A stretch of DNA of 64,000 bases from Sphagnum compactum (GCA_965153455.1 OZ234493.1:34090213-34154212); one strand, 5' to 3'. Counted from the first letter of the stretch, positions 50,265-64,000 are shown. Made by a program: numbers and translations. The notes: generated by a model from the letters alone, not told the origin.

Positions 50265-51197
50265 TGACGCACCTCCAAACTCCTTGAAAGACTCAAATGC
50301 GAGTTTGAAAATGAAAACAACAAAAAAAGGAATTGGGGTACGCTCCCTAGTTTGCAGCACTTTGGGGGTAAGAGAGGTGTGCTGGAGCTCCGGGATGGGG
50401 ACTACGACAAGTGACAAGCGGGTCAATTATTCACACAAACCTGCACAAACTAAACAACAAGTTGGTTAGTGCATAGTTGGATCACTTTTGGTGCACGGAT
50501 GAGCCACGAACATACATGGACTCACAAAATTCACCACAACCCGAACTTGGGGGAAGCCATCACCTTCCCCCTTATAGTATTCTCTGTGTCTAGCCATAGG
50601 GGCTACACCCAAATGTCATTTTGTCCCGGGACTCCCAAGTTGGGAGTCTCGAAATTCCCGAAATTGGGATTCCTAGAACTTTGGAGGGCCATAACTTCTT
50701 GTGCAAACCTCTAATTGAGGTGAGGTCTAAAGCAAAGTTGTAGCCCTTGTCGAGAGCTTTTTAAAATATGTGATTAATGATATGTGGCACGCCACTTGCA
50801 CGCACATATTTCAGGGCGATTTTCGACTTTTAGTGGTTGAGAATCAAATTGGCACTTTGATTCTCGACCTTTTTTTCAGCCACAACTTGTGTTTTTAAGT
50901 ACTCAAATGGGTCATGCAAGCCTAGTTTAGACATCTACGTTTCAAGAACTTTCTAATTGTATAAGTAATTTTTTAATCCAATGAATTTTGACCCTTGAAA
51001 TACCTCTTTGAAGATTCAAAACTCCATAGGAATTCCAACTCCCAAGGTGGGAATCCACTTGGGAGATTGTAGGTTCATTCCTTCACATTCTTTCACATCC
51101 CAGGAATGCAAATGTGATTCCTGGATTGCACTTTCAGCCCACACCTTTCCATGCTTTTGCTTTGGTCACGAGCCCAAGGGGTCCCAAGGTCATGGCA
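50265..51197 (-). mobile_element. Solo LTR of a related Gypsy family (older, diverged)
   Basis: Begins TGACGCACC. Shares GGGGAAGCCA.CACCTTCCCC..ATAGTAT, CCCGGGACTCCCAAG, CAAAGTTGTAGC and GACTTTTAGTGGTT blocks with the LTRs at 41156/47291. The right end is degenerate (GGTCATGGCA) and no TSD was found. Confidence 0.8.
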
Positions 51198-52513
51198 AGC
51201 TATTAGGTTGGACATAATAACAACATAAGGCTATGCACCTTTCTTCCTCAATATAGGCTAGGCAACCACCAATTGACATGGGACATCCCCAAGTCTGTTC
51301 ACATACAGGATGTTACAGACAGGGGAGACTCCTTAATTGAATTACAAAAACCACATCCCAAGCAACAAATAGTCAATCCAAAAACTTCCCAATAAAATAG
51401 TGCAATGATTTTAATCAAAGTAAGGTGTAATTATCATACCAAAAAATGAAAACCAAACATAGCTCTTAAAGACATGTGGACCTACATATGATCAAAGACA
51501 CCATGTGGCAATTATCTTCAAGTTAGACATGTAGGATTTAGTGTATTTTGGTCTTCCTAAAAAAAATACATCCAACTTATGAAACACTTGGGAAAATAAA
51601 ATTGCATGGAAAATCATGGAAATTCAAAACTTGAATAATATAAAATTATCCCAAGTACTACAAAACTTTTATAGTAAGTATAACCTCCAAATAGAGCTTA
51701 GATAGAACAAAAAAATTCATTGTGTGTACACAAGTAACATCATGTAATTGCCATCATATTGTTGTTATAAAGCCTGAAAGTCATGCTAAACCATAATACC
51801 TGCAAAATGGGTTTTTTGACTACATGTAAGTGTACCCAAAATACTATATACTCCCAAAATTAACCATACTTAACAAAAAATAGTTGTTGCATGAGTCCAT
51901 CCTCAAATTTGTAGTCTTTGGAATCAAATGTAGACAAAATGACTCCATCCTACAACTCCCACACAATAGAAGTGAATATCCACATATCACATCCATTGAA
52001 AAAAACAATGTTGAAGTGAAACAAAAGGAGGGATGGCTATCAAGGAGTACATCTTAATTACCTCTTAGATTATGCATGTGCCATGTCACTACGGATTTGG
52101 TTGGCCTAGGTCTTTTTCACATGACCTCATGATAGTGTTGGATTATGAGCAAGAACCATTCTTGTACCTATTGTCTTGTTTTTCTTGTGTGCATATTCTT
52201 CTAGAAGTTGATCTCCACTTGGCCTTTTTTTGATAGTCTTGTTAATTTTGCTTTGCTTTGTTATAATCCCCATCTCTCATGTAGGTTTACTTTGTGCACT
52301 AAATGACATGTTCCGCTTGAGATCAGGTTACTCTTTGCGAACACCAACTTTGGATTTTGAATGCACTCAATCATAATTAAAATTTGTTGGGGGATCGCTT
52401 GAGTGACAAGTTTGATCCATGGTCTCCATTAGTGCCTCCCATGATACCACTATGTTGGCATGTGGATTATTCGACTTGGGCACCTCTTGGCCATGTTTTG
52501 TAACTTCAAGGTT

Positions 52514-52813
52514 TTATGTGACTACTGGGGAAGATGCAACAATTGGGGAAGATGGCAAGACCTTTAATTCATCCAATTGAATTATCCCATCCTCCAAATT
52601 TGCCTCTTCATTTTCCTTCACCATTTCTTGAGATATGTCAATAACCTCCAAGGTAGGGGGCGGGTTGTGTTCCTTGGGTGATGGCAACTCTGGGGGTGGC
52701 AAAGAGGTCTGCCCAAATGCTTCAGGTCCTCTTTCAGTATCCATTTGACCAAGTGGTTTTTCAATAGATAGTGGGGCTACACAATCCTTTGTAACTAATA
52801 CACCTACATGCAC
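52514..52813 (-). pseudogene. Probable downstream exon relic of the decayed RING-containing gene (Pro/Glu-rich)
   Basis: Protein-like ORF (PPPELPSPKEHNPPPTLEVIDISQEMVKENEEANLE) on the same strand, about 1 kb downstream of the RING segment. Linkage is inferred. Confidence 0.35.
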
Positions 52814-53829
52814 TCATCACATATGGTTAGCATACATAAAGACTATACACAACAATCTAGCTTAGCTACATCTAATAGTAACATATATCTTTAAATCTAC
52901 ATGTATGAAACATTAGTAGTCAGCTACTTGCACATTGTGCTGAAATTGCATCACAACCAATACATGTAAACATAAAATGAAAGCTAGCATGGACAAGTAC
53001 ATGACTAAACCTTGCTTGCACACAAAAGTAAACAACCAATTGTCATCCACAACAAGTAGATGTCCATTACTTTAGTACCTTAAAACCTTAGAGTGGAATG
53101 AAACTACAATCCACTAGGGAAATTTAACACCACTTGTAGGTCATGTAAACTCTACTAAAGACAACTTACTATTCCTAATAACCAATAGATTTTGAAAGTA
53201 GCCAAATAACCACCAATATGTATAAGGAGCCAACAAGTAACTGCTTGGACTATACAACTATGGTCCGCTAGGAGAAAGGAACACCGCACATAGCTCAAGT
53301 AACCTCCATGATAAACAACCAACCACCACCCACCCCAAATTAAATTTGAAAGCAAATGACTAATAGGATACCACTACAAGTAAGTTGATGGAATAAACAT
53401 ATACAAATAACTTGGGTATTGACCATTGCTTGTAGCCCCATTGAGCCTTAATGAAAACAATCAACCATCACTCACATCAAGTAGACTTGCATCAGTATCT
53501 TTCCAGCCACAGTAAGTAAATAGCCTAAACCTAATTGGAATTTTATATTACAATTACCACCACTTGCAATTCATGTAAATCACAATTTTGTAGTTTTTAA
53601 AATCCCTAATGTGCAAGAAATCAATGCATTACTCCATGTAACAATTCCTAAGTATCACATTATGAATTGAAGACAATTACTAAGGCAACAACAAAAAATA
53701 TAGATAGTTTATATAAGAAAAGTATCGAGTTGGTTATGAGAGCCAGTAGACCCCATCCTATTTTGGGTGTTCTATGTGGTATACAGGTTGCACCCTCCAT
53801 TCTCCAATTTTGGCTTCCTTAATTGCACA

Positions 53830-55229
53830 CTATACTATTTGAAGCCAAAACTAATGATCCAATTTGTTAGGAATTGCTCAGCATAAGAAGGTCTTGAACA
53901 ATGAGTGGCCCTTTTATCTAAATGAACATTAAGGCAAAATGGGTGGTATGTGCACCCACATGACACAACAACTATGTTGTTGCAGGAATAAAATAAGCCA
54001 CAAATGGGGCAAGCTTGAACATGAATAACTAAAGAGCTTTAACAAGCATGTCACTTAGGTTCTCAATGGGGAAAGGAGTATTTGTTACACCGAAACAGTT
54101 AGACATGAGATGAATTTGATGTAGCAAACCAGTTCTCCAAAATTTGCTTCAGGATGCTTGCTGGTCTAATCCATCCATCTCTCTTGCTACCACTCTCAAC
54201 TTTGTTAAGGCAAGGTCATGTTGCTTCTCATAATCTGCTGCCTTAAATGACTTTCTCTTAATTTGTTTTTCAGCAAAATCACATTCCACTCTGCCCATCC
54301 TCAAATCAACTTTTGATTTAAAGAACAATGCTTTGTACTAGTTTAAAGATGCATGATCATTACTAGAACTAAGGGCTTCACATTTGGCCTGGTAATTTTT
54401 AACCTTTATCTAACCCAAATTGATTTGTTTTTTTAGATCTGTGAGGGTGGCTTGTGCTTTTTGCAACAAATCCTTCAAGTAATGGAAGGTTACAAAGTGG
54501 TCGTTAGCTTGGGCAGATGCAAGCTTCTTCTCTTCCTCCAATGCAAAGATTTGTGAAGGGTAATCCTGTTGCTTTCAACCTCCTTCAAAAGCCTTTTCAC
54601 CAATGCAACTTGTTGAGGAAGAAACACACAAACCTCTTTACAATTCATACCCACCTCACAATCATCATCGTATAATGTCAATTTGATTTCCAAATAACTC
54701 TGCTTTCAATTCCTATCCTTTGAAGTGAAGACCTTCCATTAGAATTTCTTTTGGATGAAGAGCCCAGTCATTTTGCTTGCCTCATTTGCTCTTGAGTGGT
54801 GTCGTAGGCATACTAGACCCAATTTACTTCATGGTTCTTGCGCTATACCAACCAACCATGCAAAAAAATTGTTGGATAATCACCATTGGTGGGAACATGA
54901 CCATAGACAAGTTCATAGAATTTTTGAAGCCTTGCACAATCTAAATGAGTGATTAGTTCATTAGGTCTTGCCTTCCAACCATTCTGTTCCCTCTTGCCAA
55001 ATGCAGCTTCTAGCTTTTCATAAGTGAACATAGAAGAATCAAGATCCCGCTGGGGGTCCCAACCTTCATTCACCAAATTCAAATTCCTGGAAAAAATTTC
55101 CAATGTCCATTTTGAATGACCTAAGGTCTTTGTCATTCTCTAAATCTTCTAATGTTCTCTCCTTGAATATGACTCCTCTTTGGCATTTTCGATTTTAATA
55201 TCTAGAGGTTCCTTCTTGATGAAAGCCAT
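53830..55229 (-). pseudogene. Decayed gene: N-terminal TE-accessory-like domain, coiled coil and RING-like zinc finger
   Basis: ATG at 55229 (MAFIKKEPLDIKIE...), ORF 54843..55136 (FYELVYGHVPTNGDYPTIFLHGWL) continuing HEVNWV*YAYDTT, helical segments, then VIHVQACPICGLFYSCNNIVVVSCGCTYHPFCLNVHLDKRATHCSRP at about 54029..53885. Many stops are consistent with C>T changes. Confidence 0.65.
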
Positions 55230-57787
55230 TATCTATATTAACTTACACAAAATAGGAAGTAAAGCAAAGACTCAAGACTCTTGTAAAGCAAAATTAGAAT
55301 GCACAATAAAATAGACCATAAAAAACACAAGAAAATGAACTTGACAAAGCTATGGAAGAACTTAGCACCTGTGATTTTCACAAATACCAAATGTGATTCC
55401 AAAGCACGAATCTAAAGCAAATGAATGTGAAGAAGAGAAAATGCAGGCACAATGTTGACTATTACACTAGGAGAAAAGACGGTTGCCCTGTTACAACTAC
55501 TTCAATGTAGTTGGTTTCAAGAACCCTAAAGTCTATAGGTGGCCTAAGTTGGCAAGAGACTGGGAATTTGGAAAGTTTTTGAAATTTCGTAATAACAATT
55601 CTACTTGAAAATGATTTTTTGAAAATTTTGCAAGGAGCAGCAATTATTTATGTGACCATGCTTTCACCCAGAAGAGGGTTTGAAAAAGTTTGTTGACATA
55701 ATATGCATTTCATTTACTATTGGCTTTGATCAAGCGAACCAACAACCATAGCCTATGGTTAAAGTAAAGGACCAAGATTTTGAATATCCTTCTCATTTAA
55801 TGTAGTTGCTCAATAAGCTACTAATCAATAATAATGCAAGAACATCTTTTTGAAGCCTATAGCTCAAGGTTGAATTCTAAATTTTGAACTATAGATTATT
55901 GGGTTGAATTTGTGGGCATCTTCTACAAGATTTTGGACCTTTGTTTTTGAGCATATTTTGGACCAAGGTTATGTTTCCTAAAACCTTTTTTGATTTAATT
56001 AGTAGCTGATTGACTGACTAATTAAAATGCAGTCAATTATATGTACCTGCAACATGATCAAATATATGGGCCTGGTTGTATTTAAATGTCAACTATTATA
56101 TTATTATTTTGGCATTTATTCTTGGGTGGGGTTAATCATGTTGGTTTGTGAAACTAATTCAAGACCCTACAAAATCAACACAAGTAGAAGGCCTCTTCAT
56201 TTTTTGTTGTGTTCATGGTCATTACACATTGGGTTTGGAAGGTCCTTATTGCCAAATGCATGTACTTTCAAATTGAACACCTTTTATAGGCACTGAAATT
56301 TTTGTTAACTAATGAACTTTTTGGATGGTAGATCATGAACTGCTTGAAAAATGTGTTCGAGAATCATTGGTAAGGTTACTTTGTTAAGTCTAATGTGATG
56401 CATTTGATCATGCTATTTCTTAAGAGTCAAATTCAAAACATAGGTTAGTAATAACAATTCATTTTGGTTCTTGATTGAGTGAGATTTCAACCATGGTGTT
56501 GAAAGTTTGGGCTTTGGTGCTAACTAATTTGAAAAAGCAAGAATGCTAGTCCATTGAGGTGGTTGTGGTATGACAAAAAAATGCACATTTGTTTTCTGAT
56601 TATGTAATGTGTAGGAGTTGCATCTTAAGATGTGAAAATAATTATTTTTATATTATGCACATCAACTTCTCCCAAACTATTGTTTTCTGAAACACTAAAT
56701 TATTGCCAAGTACTAGACTCTGGAGCTATGGAGATTCAAAGAAAGTTGTCAACATTGTTTTCTGGATAGGTTTAAACATATTGTGTGGTGTAGATTATTA
56801 CAAATCACAAGATTGTAAATAATTACCCAAGTCATTTCCTAAATCTTTACATCTGTTTAAAGTATGCATGAATTCTATAGGTCAATTTTTAGTACATGCC
56901 TTAGTATCACACAACCACATGCCATTGAAACCCAAAACATAGGAAATTCATGAATTTGAAAAGGAACAAACATTATGATGTTCCTTTTCTAGCAAGAACA
57001 TCCAGTCCAGAAGATTACCAACCACAAATAGTTCATTCAAACACACTCTATTAACAACTGAAATCAATAGTAAGAAGTGAAAAATAATCAAGGTTTGAAA
57101 AGGGCAAAAACACATTAAGGTGTCACAATTACGGAAAATTAGAGTCCCTTTTCAAAGTCTTTTTTTAGTGTAGTCGAAAAACTAGCTTAAAATATGATAT
57201 TAAGAGTAACATTTTTTTCCATTTCCAATTTCAAATCATGATGTTATAAGACATATAAAAAATATCTCAAAAGAAATTATTTTAAAATTATTATTCAAAA
57301 ATGCTTAAAAATGCTTTTAAAATAATTACATTTTTTGGAATTAAAAAAATTCCATAACATAATAAATTAAAATCATGTTCCATTCATTCAATGGATCTTT
57401 AATTTCTTAAACATAATTTGTCCAATGTCTCAAAGTTTCAAACAAATAAAATTAACGCATTGTAAAATAAAAGTCCATATCCATGAGTTTTGTAAGTGTG
57501 ACAAAAAATGTGGGCAAAATTCAAAAGTCCATTACTTATTGGCTATCCACAAATTTGATTTGATTTTTTCATTTTTGAAAGGTTGATTATGATAATTTTA
57601 GATAAGTGAGTCCCTTTTTTAATTATTTCAATGGATCTTATTTTATTTATTTTCTTGTACTTAAGGAATTTTAGGAAAAACTACCATTGTGACGTTCATA
57701 TAAGGTCACTGTACTATGTAAACACCCAAAAGCAGGAAGTTGTTAACAACAAAACAACATTTTGCACTATTAAGGGAGATTCACTGG

Positions 57788-58689
57788 TGTCGCAACCCTA
57801 GCTTTGGGCTCGCGACCAAGGCAAGGGCTTGCAAGGTTGCGGGCCAAAAGCGAAGCTTGGGAGTCACATCTCGTGCTTCCGGGAGTGCAAAAGAGTGTGA
57901 GGGAACGAACCCGCACACTCCCAAGTGAATTCTCACTTTGGGAGTTGGAGTCCGAATGGACTCTCAAATTTTCAGAGGGCGATTGCAGGGGTCAAAACCC
58001 ATTGAGTTGAAAAGTTTTTAATATCATTAGAAAGCTATTGAAACGTAGATGTCTAAAATGGGCTCGCATGACCCATTTGGACATCTGAAATACAAGTTAT
58101 GGTCGAAAGAAAGGCCGGGAGTCAAATTGGTAGTTTGAGTCCCGACCAGTAAAAGTCAAGAATCGACCTGATTTCCTTGCGTGCAGGTGGCGTGTTGGAA
58201 AGGTCTCAACAACAACTACAACTTTGCTTTAGACCTCATGCAATCAGAGGTCTGCACACAAAGTTATGGGGCCCCAAAGTCGTGGAAGTCCCAACTTTTG
58301 GAATTTTGGGACTCCCAATTGGGATCCTAGGACAAAATGCCATTTGGATGTGAGTCTCGTGGAGAGGCACAAAGTATAATATAAGGGGGAAGGTGGTGGC
58401 TTTCCTTAAGTCCGGGCCGTGGTGAGTCTTGTGAGTTTGAGTTTGCCAGTGGCTTGTCGTAGCACCAAAAGTGCTTCAACTATGCATTAACTAACTTGTT
58501 GTTTGGTTTGTGCAGATCCATGTGAGTGATTAAGTGCTTGTCATTCTTCCTATCCCCATCCTGGAGCTCCAGCACGCCCCTCTACCTTAAAGTGTTGCGA
58601 GCCAGGGAGCGCGTTAGACTCCTTGTTCTTTTGTTGTTTTCACTTTAGATTCATATTTGGAGTCTATCAAGGAGTTAGGGAGCGCGTCA
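57788..58689 (+). mobile_element. Solo LTR of a related Gypsy family
   Basis: TGTCGCAACCC...GAGCGCGTCA termini match the sense termini of the 41156 element's LTRs; shared internal blocks (TATAAGGGGGAAGGTGGTGGCTT, GTCCGGGCCGTGGTGAGTC); flanks CACTGG / CACCGG. Confidence 0.88.
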
Positions 58690-58752
58690 CACCGGGTGTG
58701 ATGAAGTGGGGAGTATGACACACTCACTCGTATATTCACACAAGGTAGATAC

Positions 58753-59030
58753 TTAACACAAGGTGGACATGTGATGAGGTGGTCCCCATTTAGCACAAGA
58801 CCCTTGTAAACATTGTGAATTATGCCATTGAACTTGTTGTGTTACAAGATAGACAATTGAGCTCCACATGTCTATTCGGCTAGAAAATTGGCAATGATCT
58901 ATTGAACATGTACCAAGAATAATAAAATCACAAACATCACAACAAGTGCAATCACGCCCTTGTATTCCTTTTGTTGAATGTTGTAACGCAGTCATTCCAA
59001 CATGATATTTGCATGCACTTGAGTATGAGA
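58753..59030 (-). pseudogene. Cys-rich DNA-transposase-like relic (possibly Sola-type)
   Basis: Manual translation: SACKYHVGMTALQH...GRDCTCCDVC...C..DHC...MWSSIVY...WHNSQCLQGSCAKWG. The superfamily assignment comes from recalled motif similarity only. Confidence 0.4.
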
Positions 59031-59579
59031 GGTTGTGATCAAGAGCACCTACTCAAAGAATGTTGATGTGTGGGAAAGACACATCATGAACGATGTTTGC
59101 CTGACAAAGATGGCAAGTCAATACAAAAGCAAGAGGTTTAGGTAATAGGTGCTTCCAGGAAGCCTAGGTAGTTTAATGAACAAATGTTCAAAATTCTGAC
59201 AAAGGTAAAGAAATAATTGTTGGACCAATGGGGAGAAACTGTTAATAGGGTTTCTCAATTCAAATTAAGGACATACCATATTGTTGCCATTTGATCAGAA
59301 GATCTACAAATTTAAATCACCAGTCCCCATTTGTTGTTGGGCTATTTTTCTACTTGGTATCCTACTATAACATAGTTTTTACTTATGGGCTTCAAATATA
59401 TTGGTGTAATTTTTTTTTATTTTCCCTCAAAACCAACTATAATAGCTTATTGTTAATTATTTTCTTGTTTCTAAAACACATTTATTTTTTCAACTCAGAC
59501 TTTAAAAATTAGGTTGAAAGTATGTTTGAATAGAAGTTGTGATTATGCACTTCAAATGCATTTCCTTCCATTTACACAT

Positions 59580-59890
59580 GAACCAATCAAAGAATTGGTT
59601 AATAGAGAGTTGTGGATTTTTAGAAGATTTCAAGTGGATGTTAATGAGATTAAGTGTCCTCTCCAATGGTAGCTTCACAAATACTAGGAATTGTTGGATC
59701 ACAAATAAAAATAAAAATTTATTTTTCTTTAGCCATCATACTTATCAAGTTAGGAGATGTTTACCATTAGAAAACTCGAAAAAATTAAATATTTGTTAGC
59801 AAGAATTAGGCAATCTAGTAGAGTTTATTGAAACAAATGAACATTTAGAAGAAGAGTTAGAAAAATTTGAAGATGAATTTGAATAGGATG
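59580..59890 (+). pseudogene. Second hAT dimerisation-domain relic, internally deleted
   Basis: FQVDVNEIKCPLQW / ASQILGIVGSQIK ... RRCLPLENSKKL.FVSK, with an acidic tail; homologous to 19100..19660. Confidence 0.65.
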
Positions 59891-61545
59891 AAATTTGAAA
59901 TTTAAAAAACTTGGATTTGTGCATTTTCATCATGCTTTTGTAATTAATTTTGATTTTAATGTTTTTTGAATTAAAAAAACGAAATGTTTTTGATAATTGG
60001 GTTGTGAGAATTGTCTTGAAAGACTATTGGTTCAACAATTTATGAAAACCTGCTCGATTGAAAACCAGCTGGATTTCATTTTTCAAAGTTTTGAAACCCT
60101 AAGAGTTTTCTAAACTTGAAATTTTTATTTTTATTTGAGAACCTGATAAGTTTTTAAAAACAATCCTTAGAACCAGAACGGACACTTCTCATGAAAAAGT
60201 GAGAACCACCCACACATACAGTGTTAATTATTTCCCCATCCATAAACTTAACTGGACAATACAAATTGAGACTGTTAAGATGTCACTGCATGAGTCAATC
60301 ATTGTGGTAAGCCAATAAAAAAAAAATCACTTTCTTGTATTGGCCATTTTATGGTTACCATATCTGTTGCATATTAATATATCTACATTCTTTAGAGGTT
60401 GTCTTTCATCCAATTCTTGTGCATAGATAGGCTGTTTTACTACTGCAGGTGAAGATGTTCTTATTTTCAATTTCAGGACCATCCCTTTCACTTGAAGTAC
60501 AAATTATGTTACTGAGCTTTTAATCATGGAAAGAAAGAAATGATTCTCCAATCTTCACATGGCTTGAATACAATTTGTAGGCCTTGACTATCCTTAAATC
60601 TATACTCTATTTGGATTGAAATGAAACATTGGTTTAATCTTTCACTAAACCCCAATTTTTATTCAGGGCTTGCTTGCTAGTATACTTGACATGAAAGAAA
60701 ATTCAAGTCGTCTATAGTGACATGATGGGGGACTGGCAAGCGGATGGGACTGATGATTTGATGGATTAGTGATTGTATGCCATGTCGATGGCTTGTTAAT
60801 TATCTAAGTACAGAGGAAGGCCCCACATGCGGGGTGTTCATTAATTTGAGGCCTTGGAGCTGAGGGCAGTAGCCCGAGCCCTAGGGCTGAAAATTGAGGA
60901 ACACCCAACACAGTGGCCTTCCTCTGCGTCAAAAAACTAGATTGCTTTCTTTATTTCCCCAGCAGTTCTTTTCACATCAGACTAGGTAGTAGCTTACTTA
61001 GAGGCTGGCAGGTGGTGTTTTTGGTGTAGTTTCACAAGAGTACAATACAAGCTTTGGAATTGGCACTATGCATTCCATATTCATGCAATGCCCCTGCACT
61101 AATGAGCACTTGGCTATACTGATTTATCACAAGCAAGTATTTACAAACAAAGGGAAATCAGCCTCAGTTCTTTATTTTTTGTAGAATGCTCCTACAACTA
61201 AGCTCAGGAGCTATGGAAAAAACAATACTCAGGATTGGCGTATAAACTAAGCCACCACATTATGTCTTTAGTCTTTACATTCGAAAACCCAATGCCATGT
61301 GAACACATTTATAATCAAATTTGAGTATAATTTATTAGTTTTCTTCTTTCTGGATGTAATCATTGTTTGACCCAACTGTCAACATTGTTATTCCTTTGAA
61401 ACCAACAAATGGTTTTGTAATTGTCATGTAATTTAGCTTTGTGGCACAGCAACAATAGGCAAACTATTGTGTTGCAAATGCTTGTAAAATTTCACATCCA
61501 TTGATCAACACAATGTAAGCAAAACATGCATTGGATATACTTTTT

Positions 61546-61922
61546 CAGTATTGGGTATTGGGTAGTTCCTTGATTCTGTTAATAAGCACCAGTTCTGAGT
61601 TTTTAAATCAAAATCAAGGAGTCACCAGTTGGGGTGTTGGAAAAAATCAGGATCAAAGAACTGCCGGTTCTGAGTATTTGAAAAATAACAGAATCAAAGA
61701 GCCTTCAGTTCTGGTTGTTTCAAAACCTCAAGCAGCCACTAGGTTTCATGAAATCACCATGAAAGAACTAGTGGTATTTGATTTTTTCATTAAGTTGGGA
61801 ACCATGCTTGTATATCAGAACTGGGTATTTCATGTTTTGATACCTTGGTTATGAACCCTTAGAACTGCCCTGATACCCAAAGGAGGTTTGGTGCAGTTTC
61901 TAATATTAGCCACCCAACACTG
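61546..61922. mobile_element. Non-autonomous element with CAGTGTTGGG-type termini (hAT-like MITE)
   Basis: CAGTATTGGGT at 61546 and ACCCAACACTG at 61912-61922; similar termini at 8635 and about 20575. No clean 8-bp TSD. Confidence 0.45.
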
Positions 61923-64000
61923 GTATTTTTCCAAATGTAGATTTTCAGCATGAACAACATTTCGTTCTTGCACTGATTTAAGACACTGAGTATTTTTCAA
62001 AATCATTTGAGATATTGTTCATTGGTCCATTGGAATAAAATTTTCTTATTTATTTAAGTCGTTTGTATTATATTTTTCTTGTCCAAATGTGAATAATAGT
62101 CAACCTATATGGCCAAAGTGAACCAGCACCTACCAGCACACCATCCACTGGATGCCCATTATAATTTCTCGGTTGTGGATGAACCTCAATTGAGTTAATA
62201 TTTGATTTCACACTTACAAGTATTGGTTTTGGGAAAAGCTAAAATTTAAATTAGAAACATGGTCTTGAAGTTTTAATGTCCAACCAAACATGTACTAATG
62301 CACTATCCATGTTTTCATATTAGCCTTAAGGTCCAAGTATGCTAACAATAGCCAAGGATGTGTTGAATTTCAAAAATCATGCACTCCCATGACTTTGAAA
62401 ATGAAGTATATCAATTTTAAAGGTTGAAATGTAATTTGTTTGATGGACAATGTTTTTATATTAGTGAATTTGTATTTAAATTATTTTCATAAAATTTTGA
62501 AACGTTTCATTTGTTCATTTATTGATATAAAGATTGGGTAAGCAGTTGTTGATTGGGTCTTTTTTATTTCAATTGTGCGAAAGTTATTATATGTGAAACT
62601 AAACCATTTATTTTCAAAATGCATGAAAACACATATATTGATGATTATGAGGGCATCTGGAATTGAAAAAAATTGACATTATGTTTTAATGTGATGATAC
62701 ATTGATATATTTTGAATCTACTTTTGATTATTCAAAACACATAATTCGATAAACTTCATTGAAGAAGAAATGTTCTTTGCTATATAAGAAAAGGCTATGT
62801 TTCATTTTGATGAAAAATGGATGTGCTATTATGTTTTTTCATATTAATATCATGTTTTGAAAACTACATGGTTACTGATATTTAATACAAAACTTGATAC
62901 CATAGAATAAAATAAAATAGTAAATACATGTTATTTGTTGTTTCAAAATTAGTTTTTTTTTGAAGGGCAAACCCATCCTTGTGTGATACCACTAGGAACC
63001 AACCATCTTAAGGAATGGTTTACAAAATAAAATAAACCAAATAATGTTTTTGGGCCCTTTCCTTTAAATGTTTTCATATTTATAATTTTTTTCTCATGTT
63101 TATCCATTGCATGCACAAGGATATGGTTTTAAGGTTTTATTAGAATAGAAAAAGGTAGAAATGGATACAAATTTGTATTCATAATTGTCATGGTCTTTGT
63201 AGAAATCATGCTCTTGAACTTTGAAAACTCATAATTAAATTATATAGGCACTCAATTAATTATCTATATTAAAAAAACACCATCAAAACTACATTAAAAA
63301 ACATTTCTCAAAACAAATCTCAAAACATGTTTCAAATTTGAGTTTTTAACCAAAAAGTTCAAATAAAGAAAAGACCATTATATTTCTTAAAGTTTTTTAA
63401 ATTGCCATGATTAAAGAACATCAAAATAATAATTATTTTTGATATCATTAAAGTTTCAAAATCCACATGACCAATAAGTGTACTTACCAAAACATCATAA
63501 TGAAAATCCTTCTTTAAGCATTTCTTATGATTTTTCAAAATTCCATGGGTTCAAGAAAATGTAAGTGTGACATTCTTAGTTGTACCACTCAAGAGTGTCT
63601 AGATTGAAACACACTATGCCAAATTAATGTTGTAAGTGAAATTAGCATTGAACTACACTTTGAGATTAAAAGAGATCATACACACATTACGTAATAAATT
63701 TTCATCTCATAAATTTGTGAGAAACTATTTGGTACATGACAATTACATGAGTGTTTTGTAAAAAAAATACTATGGCCTTGGACTAGGTGGCTCATATTAC
63801 TATGTTTGCATCCCTTATTATGATTCGAGTCATTGATGATTTGTTGTCCATGAAACTTAATATCCTATTTAACTTCTTCATATCATTAAAGCTCAAGTAG
63901 AGATTCTTAGGGTAATATAACTATTTTACCTTACAAGCAACATTATAGTGAAGTAGCATACACAAGAATATGCTCAAACAAACTATATATGATTATTGAA

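Noticed and set aside
60430..60970. Several acceptor-like sites (ACTGCAG, ATTTCAG, ATTCAG, CCCCAG) suggesting a gene
   Set aside because: No consistent open frame or donor pairing could be assembled.

Overview
AT-rich, repeat-dense eukaryotic (plant) genomic DNA. The style of the repeats and LTR elements suggests a moss such as Sphagnum, but that is inference only. There is one clear intact gene: an apparently intronless GRAS transcription regulator (28039..30858, +, 939 aa from the first ATG). It has a long low-complexity N-terminus with degenerate DELLA-like and EPTSVLD motifs and a uORF-rich leader. Two probable terminal exons of an unidentified upstream gene lie at 3156..3482 (+). A full-length but decayed Ty3/Gypsy chromovirus occupies 41156..48138 (-). 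It has TG..CA LTRs, a CTTTA TSD, a tRNA-iMet PBS, and gag-PR-RT-RH-IN-chromodomain coding sequence with stops and frameshifts; unusually, the PPT/LTR-start block is duplicated. Two related solo LTRs, hAT dimerisation-domain relics, a decayed coiled-coil+RING gene, a Cys-rich transposase-like relic, several MITEs (one nested, with an empty site in the window), foldbacks and minisatellites fill the rest. No rRNA, tRNA or CRISPR features were seen. I could not support a demonstrably new biological system; the best leads are listed as findings.
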